In this document: piece by piece, positions 55,404-64,000 of the stretch
Numbering within the stretch: position 1 is the first letter of the stretch
How the letters are laid out: each line of letters opens with the position of its first letter
DNA from: an uncultured cyanobacterium
GTDB taxonomy: Bacteria > Cyanobacteriota > Cyanobacteriia > Cyanobacteriales > CAWCAG01
Length of the DNA stretch: 64,000 bases
Assembly (NCBI GenBank): GCA_963803805.1
Contig: CAWDOD010000006.1
Coordinates: forward strand, 192,001-256,000
Reading direction: 5' to 3'
Made by a program: the position numbers and the translations under genes
Notes under the pieces: generated by a model
What the model was told of the DNA's origin: nothing
Database searches by the model: none
Seen by the model: only the letters and a program-made list of their open reading frames with translations

Positions 55404-57989
55404 ATGTTTCTCTGGGAAATTAAACGTACTGTTAAGTACTTGTTTGCAAGGACAGGCTTCAGTAAGGTTAAGTTTGTTGCTTGGGCGATCGCAACTTTAT
55501 TTGTGGTGACATCTTTTATTCCTGCTGTGGCCCAAAGTCCTCCACTTCAACATAATCAAATAGTACAAGTCAACCTTTTGCAACAAGGCAAACAGCTTTA
55601 TGAAGGAGGAAGATTAGCTGAAGCTGCTACAACCTGGCAACAAGCACTGGATAACTATCAACAACAAGACGCTACTCTTAAGCAAGTTCAAACCTTGAAT
55701 TACCTCACCTTAGTTTATCAAGACTTAGGAAAATGGTCAGAAGCTAAAGAGGCGATCACCACTAGTTTAACATTATTGCAAAGTCAGTCAGAATTAACCT
55801 CCATGGGTATTGCTTTGTGGGGGCAAACCTTAAACAATCAAGGGAGTTGGCAACTGGCTAGAGGACAAACTGAAGCTGCCCTGGAGACTTGGAAACAAGC
55901 GGCACAGAAATACCAAGAGGCGGGTAATGACCAAGGGAGGTTAGGAACTCAAATTAATCAAGCCCAAGCCCTGCAAGTTTTAGGACAGTATCGTCAAGCA
56001 AAATCCCTCTTAGAAAAAATTGAGCAACAATTGCAATCTCAACCAGATTCTTTACTCAAAGCTGATGGTTTGAGAAGTTTGGGGCGGGCTTTACAAACCG
56101 TTGGAGATCTGCGCCAAGCTAAGGTTATTTTAGAGGAGAGTTGGCAGATTAGCGATCGCCTCAATTCAACAGATGATGTGAGTGCCACAATTTTTAGTTT
56201 GGCTAACGTGGCTAGGAACTTAGGACAAGAACAAGTTGCCCTAGATTACTATCAAGAAGCGGCGAGGACGGCCCAAAATCCGATCATTGTTCTCCAAGCT
56301 CAATTAAATCAATTAAGCCTCTTGGTTGCTCAGGAAAGGGTGAATGATGCAACTCAGCTTATACCCTCAATCAAAGCCCAAATCAAAAACTTACATCCCA
56401 ACAGGGGTTTGGTTTATGCCAGGGTTAATTTTGCCGAAAGTTTGATGAAGTTTTCCTCCAGGGCTAATTATGACTCAGAAATTGCTCAGTTATTAGCAGA
56501 GGGAGTAAAAGAAGCCAAGCAACTACAAGATCCCCGTGCCGAAGCCGCAATACTTAACCAATTAGGTAAACTTTATAGCCAAAAGCAACAATGGACAGAA
56601 GCTGGTGAAGTTACTCAACAAGCACTTTACATCGCCCAAACCATTAACGCTGATGATTTAATCGCCCGTACTTCCTGGCAATTGGGTAAAGTATTTAAGC
56701 AAGAAAATAAAACCCAAAAGGCGATCGCCTCTTATCAACAAGCTTGGGAAACTCTACAAAAGTTACGCAGTGATCTTGTCTCCGTAAATTCTGATATTCA
56801 ATTTGATTTTCAAGAAAGCGTTGAACCGGTTTACCGAGAATTAGTCAGTTTATTATTGCAAGCAGAGGATAATCAAGACAATCTGCAACAAGCCCGTCAA
56901 GTAATTGAAGCCTTGCAGCTAGCAGAAATAGAAGACTTCTTCCAAGAAGCTTGTTTAGAAGCTCGTCCGGTGGAACTTGAAAGCCTTGATGCTAAAGCAG
57001 CGGTTATTTACCCGATCATTTTAAGCGATCGCTTAGAAGTAATTCTTTCTTTACCAGATAAACCCTTAAAGCATTATGCCACTCAATTGGACTCCCAGAA
57101 AGTCAACAATATACTACAAAAACTATACTCTTCCTTCTATTTGGGGTATTCTAATGAAGAGCGGCTGCAACTTGCCCAACAGGTTTATGGCTGGCTAATC
57201 CAATCTGCGGAGGAAGACTTAGCAAGCAATAATATTCAAACCCTCGTGTTTGTCCTTGACGGCTTCTTAAGAAGCTTGCCCATGAATGCCCTTTATGATG
57301 GTAAGCAATACTTAATCGAAAAGTATAGCATCGCTCTGAGTCCTGGGTTGCAACTACTACCACAAGCACGTTCGAGAGCCAAACTCCAAGCCTTAACCGC
57401 CGGCTTAACCCAAGCTCGCGCTGGGTTTCCGCCCTTACCCGGAGTCGCCGTAGAAGTAGAACAAATCTCTTCTGATTTGAATGACCCTAAAGTGATGCTA
57501 GATGAGAACTTTACCCGTCTTGCTTTCCAAAGCCAAATTCAAGCCAAGGACTTTGGCATCGTTCACCTAGCCACCCACGGGCAGTTTAGTTCTGATCCAG
57601 AACAGACTTTTTTACTCACTTGGGACGATCGGATTAAAGTGAAGGATTTTGCTCGTTTGTTCCAAGAAAAGGGTCAAGGAACCAAACCTGTAGAGTTACT
57701 TGTTCTTAGTGCTTGTCAAACAGCAGCAGGAGATCGACGAGCAGCCCTAGGATTAGCGGGATTTGCCTTACGATCAGGAGCGCTCAGCACTGTAGCAACT
57801 CTCTGGTCTGTTAACGACCAGTCTACTGCTGAACTTATGAGCGAGTTTTATCAACAACTAACCAAAGTTGATGTCAGTTTAACTAAAGCAGAATCTCTGC
57901 GTCAAGCTCAACTCAAGTTGTTGAAAAACCCTCTTTATAACCATCCCTATTATTGGGCCCCTTTTGTCTTAGTTGGCAACTGGTTGTAA
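55404..57989 (+). CDS. Secreted TPR + CHAT (caspase-like) peptidase
   Basis: Signal peptide (AVAQ); TPRs; catalytic HLATHG and LSACQT; HPYYWAPFVLVGNWL end. Confidence 0.93.
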   Translation: MFLWEIKRTVKYLFARTGFSKVKFVAWAIATLFVVTSFIPAVAQSPPLQHNQIVQVNLLQQGKQLYEGGRLAEAATTWQQALDNYQQQDATLKQVQTLNYLTLVYQDLGKWSEAKEAITTSLTLLQSQSELTSMGIALWGQTLNNQGSWQLARGQTEAALETWKQAAQKYQEAGNDQGRLGTQINQAQALQVLGQYRQAKSLLEKIEQQLQSQPDSLLKADGLRSLGRALQTVGDLRQAKVILEESWQISDRLNSTDDVSATIFSLANVARNLGQEQVALDYYQEAARTAQNPIIVLQAQLNQLSLLVAQERVNDATQLIPSIKAQIKNLHPNRGLVYARVNFAESLMKFSSRANYDSEIAQLLAEGVKEAKQLQDPRAEAAILNQLGKLYSQKQQWTEAGEVTQQALYIAQTINADDLIARTSWQLGKVFKQENKTQKAIASYQQAWETLQKLRSDLVSVNSDIQFDFQESVEPVYRELVSLLLQAEDNQDNLQQARQVIEALQLAEIEDFFQEACLEARPVELESLDAKAAVIYPIILSDRLEVILSLPDKPLKHYATQLDSQKVNNILQKLYSSFYLGYSNEERLQLAQQVYGWLIQSAEEDLASNNIQTLVFVLDGFLRSLPMNALYDGKQYLIEKYSIALSPGLQLLPQARSRAKLQALTAGLTQARAGFPPLPGVAVEVEQISSDLNDPKVMLDENFTRLAFQSQIQAKDFGIVHLATHGQFSSDPEQTFLLTWDDRIKVKDFARLFQEKGQGTKPVELLVLSACQTAAGDRRAALGLAGFALRSGALSTVATLWSVNDQSTAELMSEFYQQLTKVDVSLTKAESLRQAQLKLLKNPLYNHPYYWAPFVLVGNWL

Positions 57990-58030
57990 AGAGTTACTTT
58001 TATGTTCATCACCCATGAGGATTAATATCC

Positions 58031-59035
58031 ATGTTTAAATTACAAAGTTCTCTTTCTCGTCAGCTATTTTTCTTCATATTCACAGCCTTGATTGCTGTTG
58101 GTAGTAGTTTATCTCAATCCGCTTTTGCCCAAGCTACATCAAGTGAAGATAATCTAACTCCTGACATTAAATTTCAGCCCCCAGGAGATCCTGCTCCCGG
58201 TGGTGGTACAGGAGGAGCAAGTCGCGGTGATATTCAGTTTAAAGTCCCCGGAGAGCCTGCCCCCAGTGATACTACAGGGGGAGGAAGTCGTGGTGATGTC
58301 GAATTTCGTCCTGTGGGTGATCCCACCCCCGATAGTGCTACAGGAGGAGCAAGTCGTGGGGATCTTCAATTCCGTCCGGTGGGGGAACCTGCACCTAAAA
58401 GCAGTGTAGGAGGGGGCAGTCGTGGAGATTTGGCCTTTCGCCCAGTGGGTAAACCGGCCCCAGAAAGAACAGTGGGGGGAGGCAGTCGTAGCGATGATGC
58501 CTTAGCCAAAGTTGTTCCTTTACTCCCCAGCAATCAATACGGACATACCGTAGCATCTCATCCGACTTTTTACGTTTACTTACCCACAAGCTCTGTTAAG
58601 CAAGTATTTTTCAGCATCCAAGATAAAAATAAGCAAAATCTCTACCAAACTACTTTAGAGGTTTCTGGCGAAGGGGGAATCCTTAGTTTTACTTTACCAG
58701 AAGATGCTCCAGAATTAGAGTTGGATAAAGATTATCAATGGTTCTTTGCAACCATCGAACCAAAGGGTATTTTACGCCCTGATAATTATGGGGTAACTGG
58801 TTGGATAAAGCGAGTTGCGCCACCAACAGCAGCAGTTGCTGATGCAGATTTATCTGCCATTGAACGTGCAGCTTTATATGCCAATGCCGGAATTTGGTAC
58901 GATACCTTAAGCTTGATTGCTAGGGCCAAATTGGAGCAACCGAACAATAGTAGTTTGCAAGGTGAATGGCAAGACTTGTTGAAGCAAGTAGATTTAGATA
59001 CAGTTGCAACTCAACCTTTGACAGAGCAGTTGTAG
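58031..59035 (+). CDS. DUF928 domain protein with five N-terminal 22-aa repeats
   Basis: Signal peptide (AFAQA); G.TV..HPTFYVYLP, YQWFF, GWIKRV, YA.AGIWYD.L and WQDLL. Confidence 0.9.
   Translation: MFKLQSSLSRQLFFFIFTALIAVGSSLSQSAFAQATSSEDNLTPDIKFQPPGDPAPGGGTGGASRGDIQFKVPGEPAPSDTTGGGSRGDVEFRPVGDPTPDSATGGASRGDLQFRPVGEPAPKSSVGGGSRGDLAFRPVGKPAPERTVGGGSRSDDALAKVVPLLPSNQYGHTVASHPTFYVYLPTSSVKQVFFSIQDKNKQNLYQTTLEVSGEGGILSFTLPEDAPELELDKDYQWFFATIEPKGILRPDNYGVTGWIKRVAPPTAAVADADLSAIERAALYANAGIWYDTLSLIARAKLEQPNNSSLQGEWQDLLKQVDLDTVATQPLTEQL
58163..58492 (+). repeat. 5 x 66-bp coding repeat D-x-x-F-x-x-x-G-x-P-x-P-x4-G-G-(A/G)-S-R-G
   Basis: Read directly from the protein and DNA. Confidence 0.95.
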
Positions 59036-59239
59036 TGATTTGTCAAAGGTTAACTGCTGTTTTACTCCCCCCTGCCTTCTCAAGGGGGAGAATCTAGCAA
59101 AAGCTTTCTAGCTTCCAGTCCCTCTTTGTAAGGGAAATTTAGGAAGAGCAAGGAAGTGATGAACAACAATTTTTTGCCATGTTGCTCATCAGCTATAGAC
59201 TTAGACTTCTCAGTAGCTAACATAAAATGGTATGAGTCT

Positions 59240-59533
59240 GTGATCTTAGAAGTTGCGATTCTTGATGTTAAGCCTGGTTTGGGTGCTGAGTTTGAAACTG
59301 CTTTCCAAACTGCCTCAATCATTATTGCTTCCATGCCAGGGTATATTGCTCATGAACTTCAACGTTGTCTAGAAACTGCCAACCGATATATTTTGCTTGT
59401 ACGCTGGCACAAGTTGGAAGATCATACCATTGGGTTTAGACAGTCCCCAGAATATCAAGAGTGGCGTTCTTTATTGCATCATTTTTATGAACCATTCCCA
59501 ACGGTAGAACATTATCAATTGGTAATTATTTAA
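59240..59533 (+). CDS. Antibiotic biosynthesis monooxygenase (ABM) family protein
   Basis: GTG start; ILEVAIL.VKPG...FE.AF...HT.GFR.SPEYQEW..LLHHFY.PFP.VEHY (the ORF-track start at 59156 is probably too long). Confidence 0.88.
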   Translation: MILEVAILDVKPGLGAEFETAFQTASIIIASMPGYIAHELQRCLETANRYILLVRWHKLEDHTIGFRQSPEYQEWRSLLHHFYEPFPTVEHYQLVII

Positions 59534-59659
59534 TTTGGTTGGAAATCTCTCCTTACTAAAAAATAGCTGTGAACTTTTTGGAGAGTACTTGCGGAAAACT
59601 CCTATGGGTTTCTGTAGAAACTCAACAACGTTGAATCCCAAATACGAAAGCTCATCCCC

Positions 59660-60463
59660 ATGAACAAAAAGATTGTTTTAGGTAGTTTTTTAGCTAGCGG
59701 ATTAATCGGTATCTCCTTGCTTACTGGTTGCGGAAATACAACCTCGAAACAAGCAATAGAACCAGCAACCACAGAAGAAACAACCACTACCACAACTCAA
59801 GAATCTCCTCCTGTCCCACAAGCTAATTCCCCTGTCCCCGCCGCTTCTCAAGGGGCTAAGGGGAATGTTGCTAGTAACAGCATTAAGCAAACGGGAACAG
59901 AACTTTGTACCAATGCAGCAGGTGCAAGACCAACTATCGCTTATTATGAAACTAAAGGTTTTGAAGTATCTATCTGCGGCAGGGATGGCGATATTTATTA
60001 CCACGGGGCTGATAAAAAGAATGGTAATGCTATAACTTTGCCTGCTAGCTATCGCAACGGTGCTGGTTATGTAGCCGTTAATGGCAAAACAACTTACATT
60101 ATCAACCAATCTTCCCTAACTGTATTAGATAACGGCAAGGAAATCCTTAACCAAGCGGTTATTACTGCCTCGGATTCAGAAACTGATGGTAATCAAGCTT
60201 ATTGCCCCGATGCTGCTGGGGGAACACCTCAAATTGAATCCTATGAAACTAAAGGATTTAATGTTTATCTCTGTGGCGGGGATGGAGAAATTTTCTATCA
60301 CGGCGTTGATAAAAAGAATGGTAATGCTATAACTTTACCGGCTAGCTATCGCAACGGTGCTGGTTATGTAGCCGTTAATGGCAAGACAACTTACATTATT
60401 AACGAATCTTCCTTAACTGTGTTGAATAACGGCAAAGAAATCCTTAGTCAGCCTGTCTTATAA
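59660..60463 (+). CDS. Lipoprotein with two copies of a Cys-containing ~90-aa domain
   Basis: Lipobox LLTGC; duplicated C...YETKGF.V..C...YHG.DKKNG.AITLPA...YVAVNG.TTYIIN. Confidence 0.85.
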   Translation: MNKKIVLGSFLASGLIGISLLTGCGNTTSKQAIEPATTEETTTTTTQESPPVPQANSPVPAASQGAKGNVASNSIKQTGTELCTNAAGARPTIAYYETKGFEVSICGRDGDIYYHGADKKNGNAITLPASYRNGAGYVAVNGKTTYIINQSSLTVLDNGKEILNQAVITASDSETDGNQAYCPDAAGGTPQIESYETKGFNVYLCGGDGEIFYHGVDKKNGNAITLPASYRNGAGYVAVNGKTTYIINESSLTVLNNGKEILSQPVL

Positions 60464-60517
60464 GTTTTTGGGAAAACTTAAGTCATATCGCCAAGTAACT
60501 CAATTAAGTCAAGAAAA

Positions 60518-61132
60518 ATGAACAAAAATATTATTCTCGGTAGTCTCATCGCTGGTGGATTAATCGGCGCTGCTGTTATTATGGGTTTTGTCATGAGCAA
60601 ACCTGATGCCCCACAACAAGCAGCTATTGAAACAGAAGCAACAGAAACTACAGAAGAAGTAGTAGAAGAGCAAAACACTTCCTCAACTCAAACTAATCAA
60701 ACTGCTGTCCCCGCACCTGCCTCACAAGCCCCTGCCCCCGCAGCGCAAAAGGTAACCGCACCTGCCGCACCTGCCTCAAAACCTGCCCCCGTAGCACAAG
60801 CACCCGTACCTACACACGCTCCAGTACCAAAAAAAGCTGTCTCTCAAGAGAATACTTCAGAAGGTTCAGAATTTTGCCCAGATAGAGCAGGAGGAGCGCC
60901 TCAAGTGGCTTTTTATGAAACGAAGAACTTTTATGTTTATATTTGTGATGTTGACCAACTCTATTACCATGGTGTAAGCAAAAAAGATGGTAATTTTATT
61001 AACCTTCCTGCTTACGCTGAAGAGGGAACAGGTTATGTAGCAGAAAATGGAGATTATACTTACATCATTAATGGTGCATCCCTAACTGTTATGCAAGGTG
61101 ACAAAGTTCTTCAAGAAGAAAGGGTTTTTTAA
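60518..61132 (+). CDS. Membrane-anchored paralogue with one copy of the same domain and a Pro/Ala linker
   Basis: N-terminus similar to the upstream gene; C..YETKNF.VYIC...YYHG..KK.G..I.LPA...YVA.NG...YIIN. Confidence 0.85.
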   Translation: MNKNIILGSLIAGGLIGAAVIMGFVMSKPDAPQQAAIETEATETTEEVVEEQNTSSTQTNQTAVPAPASQAPAPAAQKVTAPAAPASKPAPVAQAPVPTHAPVPKKAVSQENTSEGSEFCPDRAGGAPQVAFYETKNFYVYICDVDQLYYHGVSKKDGNFINLPAYAEEGTGYVAENGDYTYIINGASLTVMQGDKVLQEERVF

Positions 61133-61233
61133 GAAAACTCCAAGAAAAGATTTATCTATTGGTAAGGATATTTTATTTATTGGAGTACTCTAAGAGTAAG
61201 AGATTTAAGAGATTGAAGTTATGGGGGCATCTA

Positions 61234-62022
61234 TTATTTGAAACGCACTAAATTAACTCGATAACGCTTCTTTTTAGTAATCGCCACATCTCCCACTTCC
61301 AAACGCCCTTTACCCCGCACAGAAATTAAGTCTCCTGATTCTACATTATGACTAGGTTGTTTGACATCTTTCCAGTTGACTCGCACATCTCCTGAACTAA
61401 TCGCTTCGGCCATCTTACTACGAGACATACCCAAACCCGCAGAGGCGATCGCATCTAAACGTAGAGAAGCTTCTACGGTGGTTAGTTCTTTCTTTTTTGG
61501 GGGCCTAACTTTAAGTTCACTCAGTTCAATCCGTTTCGTTTTAACGGGAACAGAACGTACTTGCATTAAAGCTGTTTCTAGAAATTCTCCTAATTCTGGT
61601 ACGACAACAACTTGGGCCCCTCGTTCTCCTAAAACGATAATGTCTCCGACTTTTTCCCTAACTACTCCTGTACCCAAAATTGCTCCCAAAAAGTCCCGGT
61701 GGTTAGCTGGGTCAAAAAGGAAGTTTCCTGCAATATCAAGGGCTTGTAGCTCAATTTGGCTCAGATCAGGGGGAACTTCTTCGCGGGCTATCCCCACTCT
61801 TTGCCTTTCGGCTTGAGGATACCCACCCCAAGCTACCATTTGCACTTCTGTTAAGCGATTAAAAATGCGTTCAACTTCTGCTAAAACAGGGGGAGATAAG
61901 AAGTCAGTTAAAGCCACTTCCCAATTTTTCAGAGAACGTTCAGCCAAATCAAGAACACGAGCAATACTCTCACGATCTTCAACCCCTTTTAATAGTTCTT
62001 CTCTCGGCAACATTTTAATCAA
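61234..62022 (-). CDS. Photosystem II S4-domain protein (YlmH/Sll1252 family)
   Basis: TDFLSPP, GGYPQAER, HRDFLGA and S4 domain SLRLDAIAS...RGKGRL. Confidence 0.92.
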   Translation of the reverse strand: MIKMLPREELLKGVEDRESIARVLDLAERSLKNWEVALTDFLSPPVLAEVERIFNRLTEVQMVAWGGYPQAERQRVGIAREEVPPDLSQIELQALDIAGNFLFDPANHRDFLGAILGTGVVREKVGDIIVLGERGAQVVVVPELGEFLETALMQVRSVPVKTKRIELSELKVRPPKKKELTTVEASLRLDAIASAGLGMSRSKMAEAISSGDVRVNWKDVKQPSHNVESGDLISVRGKGRLEVGDVAITKKKRYRVNLVRFK

Positions 62023-62165
62023 TTATTCAGTTATTCAGTTATCAGTGCTTGGACAAGCTTACTAACCTCAGTAAAGATTGTCCTTTTTCCTTTACCCTTT
62101 CCCCCAAACTCAATACACTACAAAGAAAGTATATTCTTAAGTTTTTAGTTTTTAATTTTTAATTC

Positions 62166-62669
62166 TCAATCAGTATATCCTTGCATCTCCTCCGGGGTAA
62201 ACCTTCGTAAAAGAGATGTTGCTTCATCAACCTGTTGTTCTGTACCTTGGACGACGATTAAATACTTACCTGCATTAAGACGGTTACGGTATGGTAAGGC
62301 ATCACCACTTCCTAATGATAAACCTATTCCACCACCAACGAAAGCGCTGCCCATTGCTCCGGCGATCGCACCAAAGATACCACCAATAACATGATTGCCT
62401 AAAACTCCAACTCCACCGATGATATCTATTTTAGTGATGGAGTTGAAAGCAAAGCCAGCCAAAAAGCCAAAAGGTACTAGCCAAATTGCCATAAGCTTCG
62501 CTCTTTTTGTAGCTTGGGTATTAGGGTTAAGAAAGCCAAATTCATCAGCGCTTTTGTAACCTCTTCCCAAAATACTAACTGCTTGGGACGGAAAGCCAGC
62601 TTTTTCTAGAGCAGTATAGGCTTCTTCTGCCTCCAAGCGATTTGGTAGTACAGCAACGAGATAGTTCAT
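62166..62669 (-). CDS. Conserved membrane hypothetical protein (general-stress-protein-like)
   Basis: AE.AY.ALE..G....SILG.GY, Gly-rich TM pair and YRNRL.AGKYLIVV. Confidence 0.75.
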   Translation of the reverse strand: MNYLVAVLPNRLEAEEAYTALEKAGFPSQAVSILGRGYKSADEFGFLNPNTQATKRAKLMAIWLVPFGFLAGFAFNSITKIDIIGGVGVLGNHVIGGIFGAIAGAMGSAFVGGGIGLSLGSGDALPYRNRLNAGKYLIVVQGTEQQVDEATSLLRRFTPEEMQGYTD

Positions 62670-62886
62670 CCTTCTTAATAATCCTAGAAAACCCCAACGA
62701 TGAGAAAATACAGTGTTAGGAACATAACAAGGAATATCATCTCATCTTAAGGGGACATTGAAATGGGAGAATGTGCTATTACTGCTGTTTTTTAAACGTC
62801 AACTTAATTTTTGTTTTCTTTTGTTCAAGTTATTGGAGTAACTTGAACAAACTGTACACAACTTGCTCTTAACCCGTCTAGGTAAT

Positions 62887-64000
62887 ATGTCGAAGGTTCT
62901 TGTTTCAGACTCAATTGATCAAGCTGGAATTGATATCCTCTCCCAAGTTGCTCAAGTGGATGTCCAACTTGGTTTATCCCCCGAAGAATTGGTTAAGGCT
63001 ATTCCAGAATATGATGCTTTAATGATTCGTTCTGGCACGAAGGTAACAGAAGAGGTTATCGAAGCTAGTAATAATCTCAAAATTATTGGCCGTGCCGGAG
63101 TTGGAGTTGATAATATCAACATTCCTGGGGCCACTCGTAAAGGTATTGTGGTGGTTAATTCCCCTGAAGGTAATACCATCGCCGCCGCCGAACACGCTTT
63201 AGCGATGATGCTATCTTTGTCCCGGATGGTTCCTTCTGCTAACCAATCAGTTAAAAGTGGTAAGTGGGAACGTAAACGCTTTATTGGTTCAGAAGTTTAT
63301 AAAAAAACTCTGGGTATCGTTGGTTTAGGTAAAATTGGTTCCCATGTTGCTGCTGCTGCGCGGGCAATGGGCATGAAATTATTAGCTTTTGATCCCTTTA
63401 TTTCTGCTGAGAGGGCAGAACAATTAAATTGCCGTTTGGTGGATTTGAATTTACTGTTCTCAGAAGCAGATTATATTACCCTCCACGTTCCCAAAACGAA
63501 AGAAACTACTCATTTGATCAATGCTAAAACTTTAGGTCAAATGAAGCCCAATGCTCGGATCATCAACTGTTCCCGTGGCGGTATTATTGATGAAGTTGCT
63601 TTAGCTGAAGCTTTGAGGGCAGAAACAATTGCTGGGGCAGCGTTAGATGTTTTTGAGGAAGAACCTTTAGGAGAATCTCTTTTAAGGGAATTTGGCTCTA
63701 ATGTTATTCTCACCCCTCATCTAGGAGCCTCTACAACAGAAGCCCAGGTGAATGTAGCGATAGATGTAGCAGAACAAATTCGCGACGTTCTCTTAGGGCT
63801 TCCAGCCCGTTCTGCGGTTAATATTCCTGGACTTAGCCCTGATGTGCTAGAGAAATTACGTCCTTACTTACAATTAGCAGAAACCTTGGGTAAGTTGGTA
63901 GGACAACTCGCTGGGGGCAGGATTGAATCTTTGAAGGTTAACTTGCAAGGAGAATTAGCTTCTAATCAAAGTCAGCCTTTAGTTATAGCTTCTTTGAAAG
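62887..64000 (+). CDS. serA: D-3-phosphoglycerate dehydrogenase (3' end outside window)
   Basis: Translated by hand: MSKVLVSDSID...IRSGTKVT...GRAGVGVDN...GLGKIG...TPHLGAST. Confidence 0.95.
   Translation, partial: MSKVLVSDSIDQAGIDILSQVAQVDVQLGLSPEELVKAIPEYDALMIRSGTKVTEEVIEASNNLKIIGRAGVGVDNINIPGATRKGIVVVNSPEGNTIAAAEHALAMMLSLSRMVPSANQSVKSGKWERKRFIGSEVYKKTLGIVGLGKIGSHVAAAARAMGMKLLAFDPFISAERAEQLNCRLVDLNLLFSEADYITLHVPKTKETTHLINAKTLGQMKPNARIINCSRGGIIDEVALAEALRAETIAGAALDVFEEEPLGESLLREFGSNVILTPHLGASTTEAQVNVAIDVAEQIRDVLLGLPARSAVNIPGLSPDVLEKLRPYLQLAETLGKLVGQLAGGRIESLKVNLQGELASNQSQPLVIASLK

Overview
A 64-kb chromosomal window from a cyanobacterium. The evidence is frequent HIP1 GCGATCGC sites, heptameric STRR repeats, and genes such as sigG/sapG, xisH/xisI, ccmS, a PSII S4-domain gene and Hmx-type UPF0016 halves. 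Most of the window is housekeeping, envelope and signalling genes: cbiET, rodA, mrp, metK, serA, an ABC permease, a Na+/H+ antiporter and a Ser/Thr kinase-AAA-GAF-PAS-cyclase. Three regions stand out. (1) A chromosomal CyRepA1/DUF3854-type primase-helicase gene preceded by a tandem pair of NrdR-box-like sites. (2) A ~6.4-kb accessory islet after tRNA-Gly(TCC) with no integrase. Its cargo (xisHI, a 45-aa membrane peptide, IS630, an HTH-NTPase-TPR NLR-like gene with near-identical 120-bp repeats, a 21-bp higher-order satellite and a 446-bp MITE) is partitioned by three direct copies of a HIP1-linked GTAG-REP element. (3) A secreted FHA/TpsA + TPR-CHAT protease + DUF928 cluster whose DUF928 protein has five tandem 22-aa GG(A/G)SR repeats. 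Three single-base frameshifts sit beside GGCC or GATC motifs and may be sequencing errors. All family names come from motifs recognised by eye; no database search was run.
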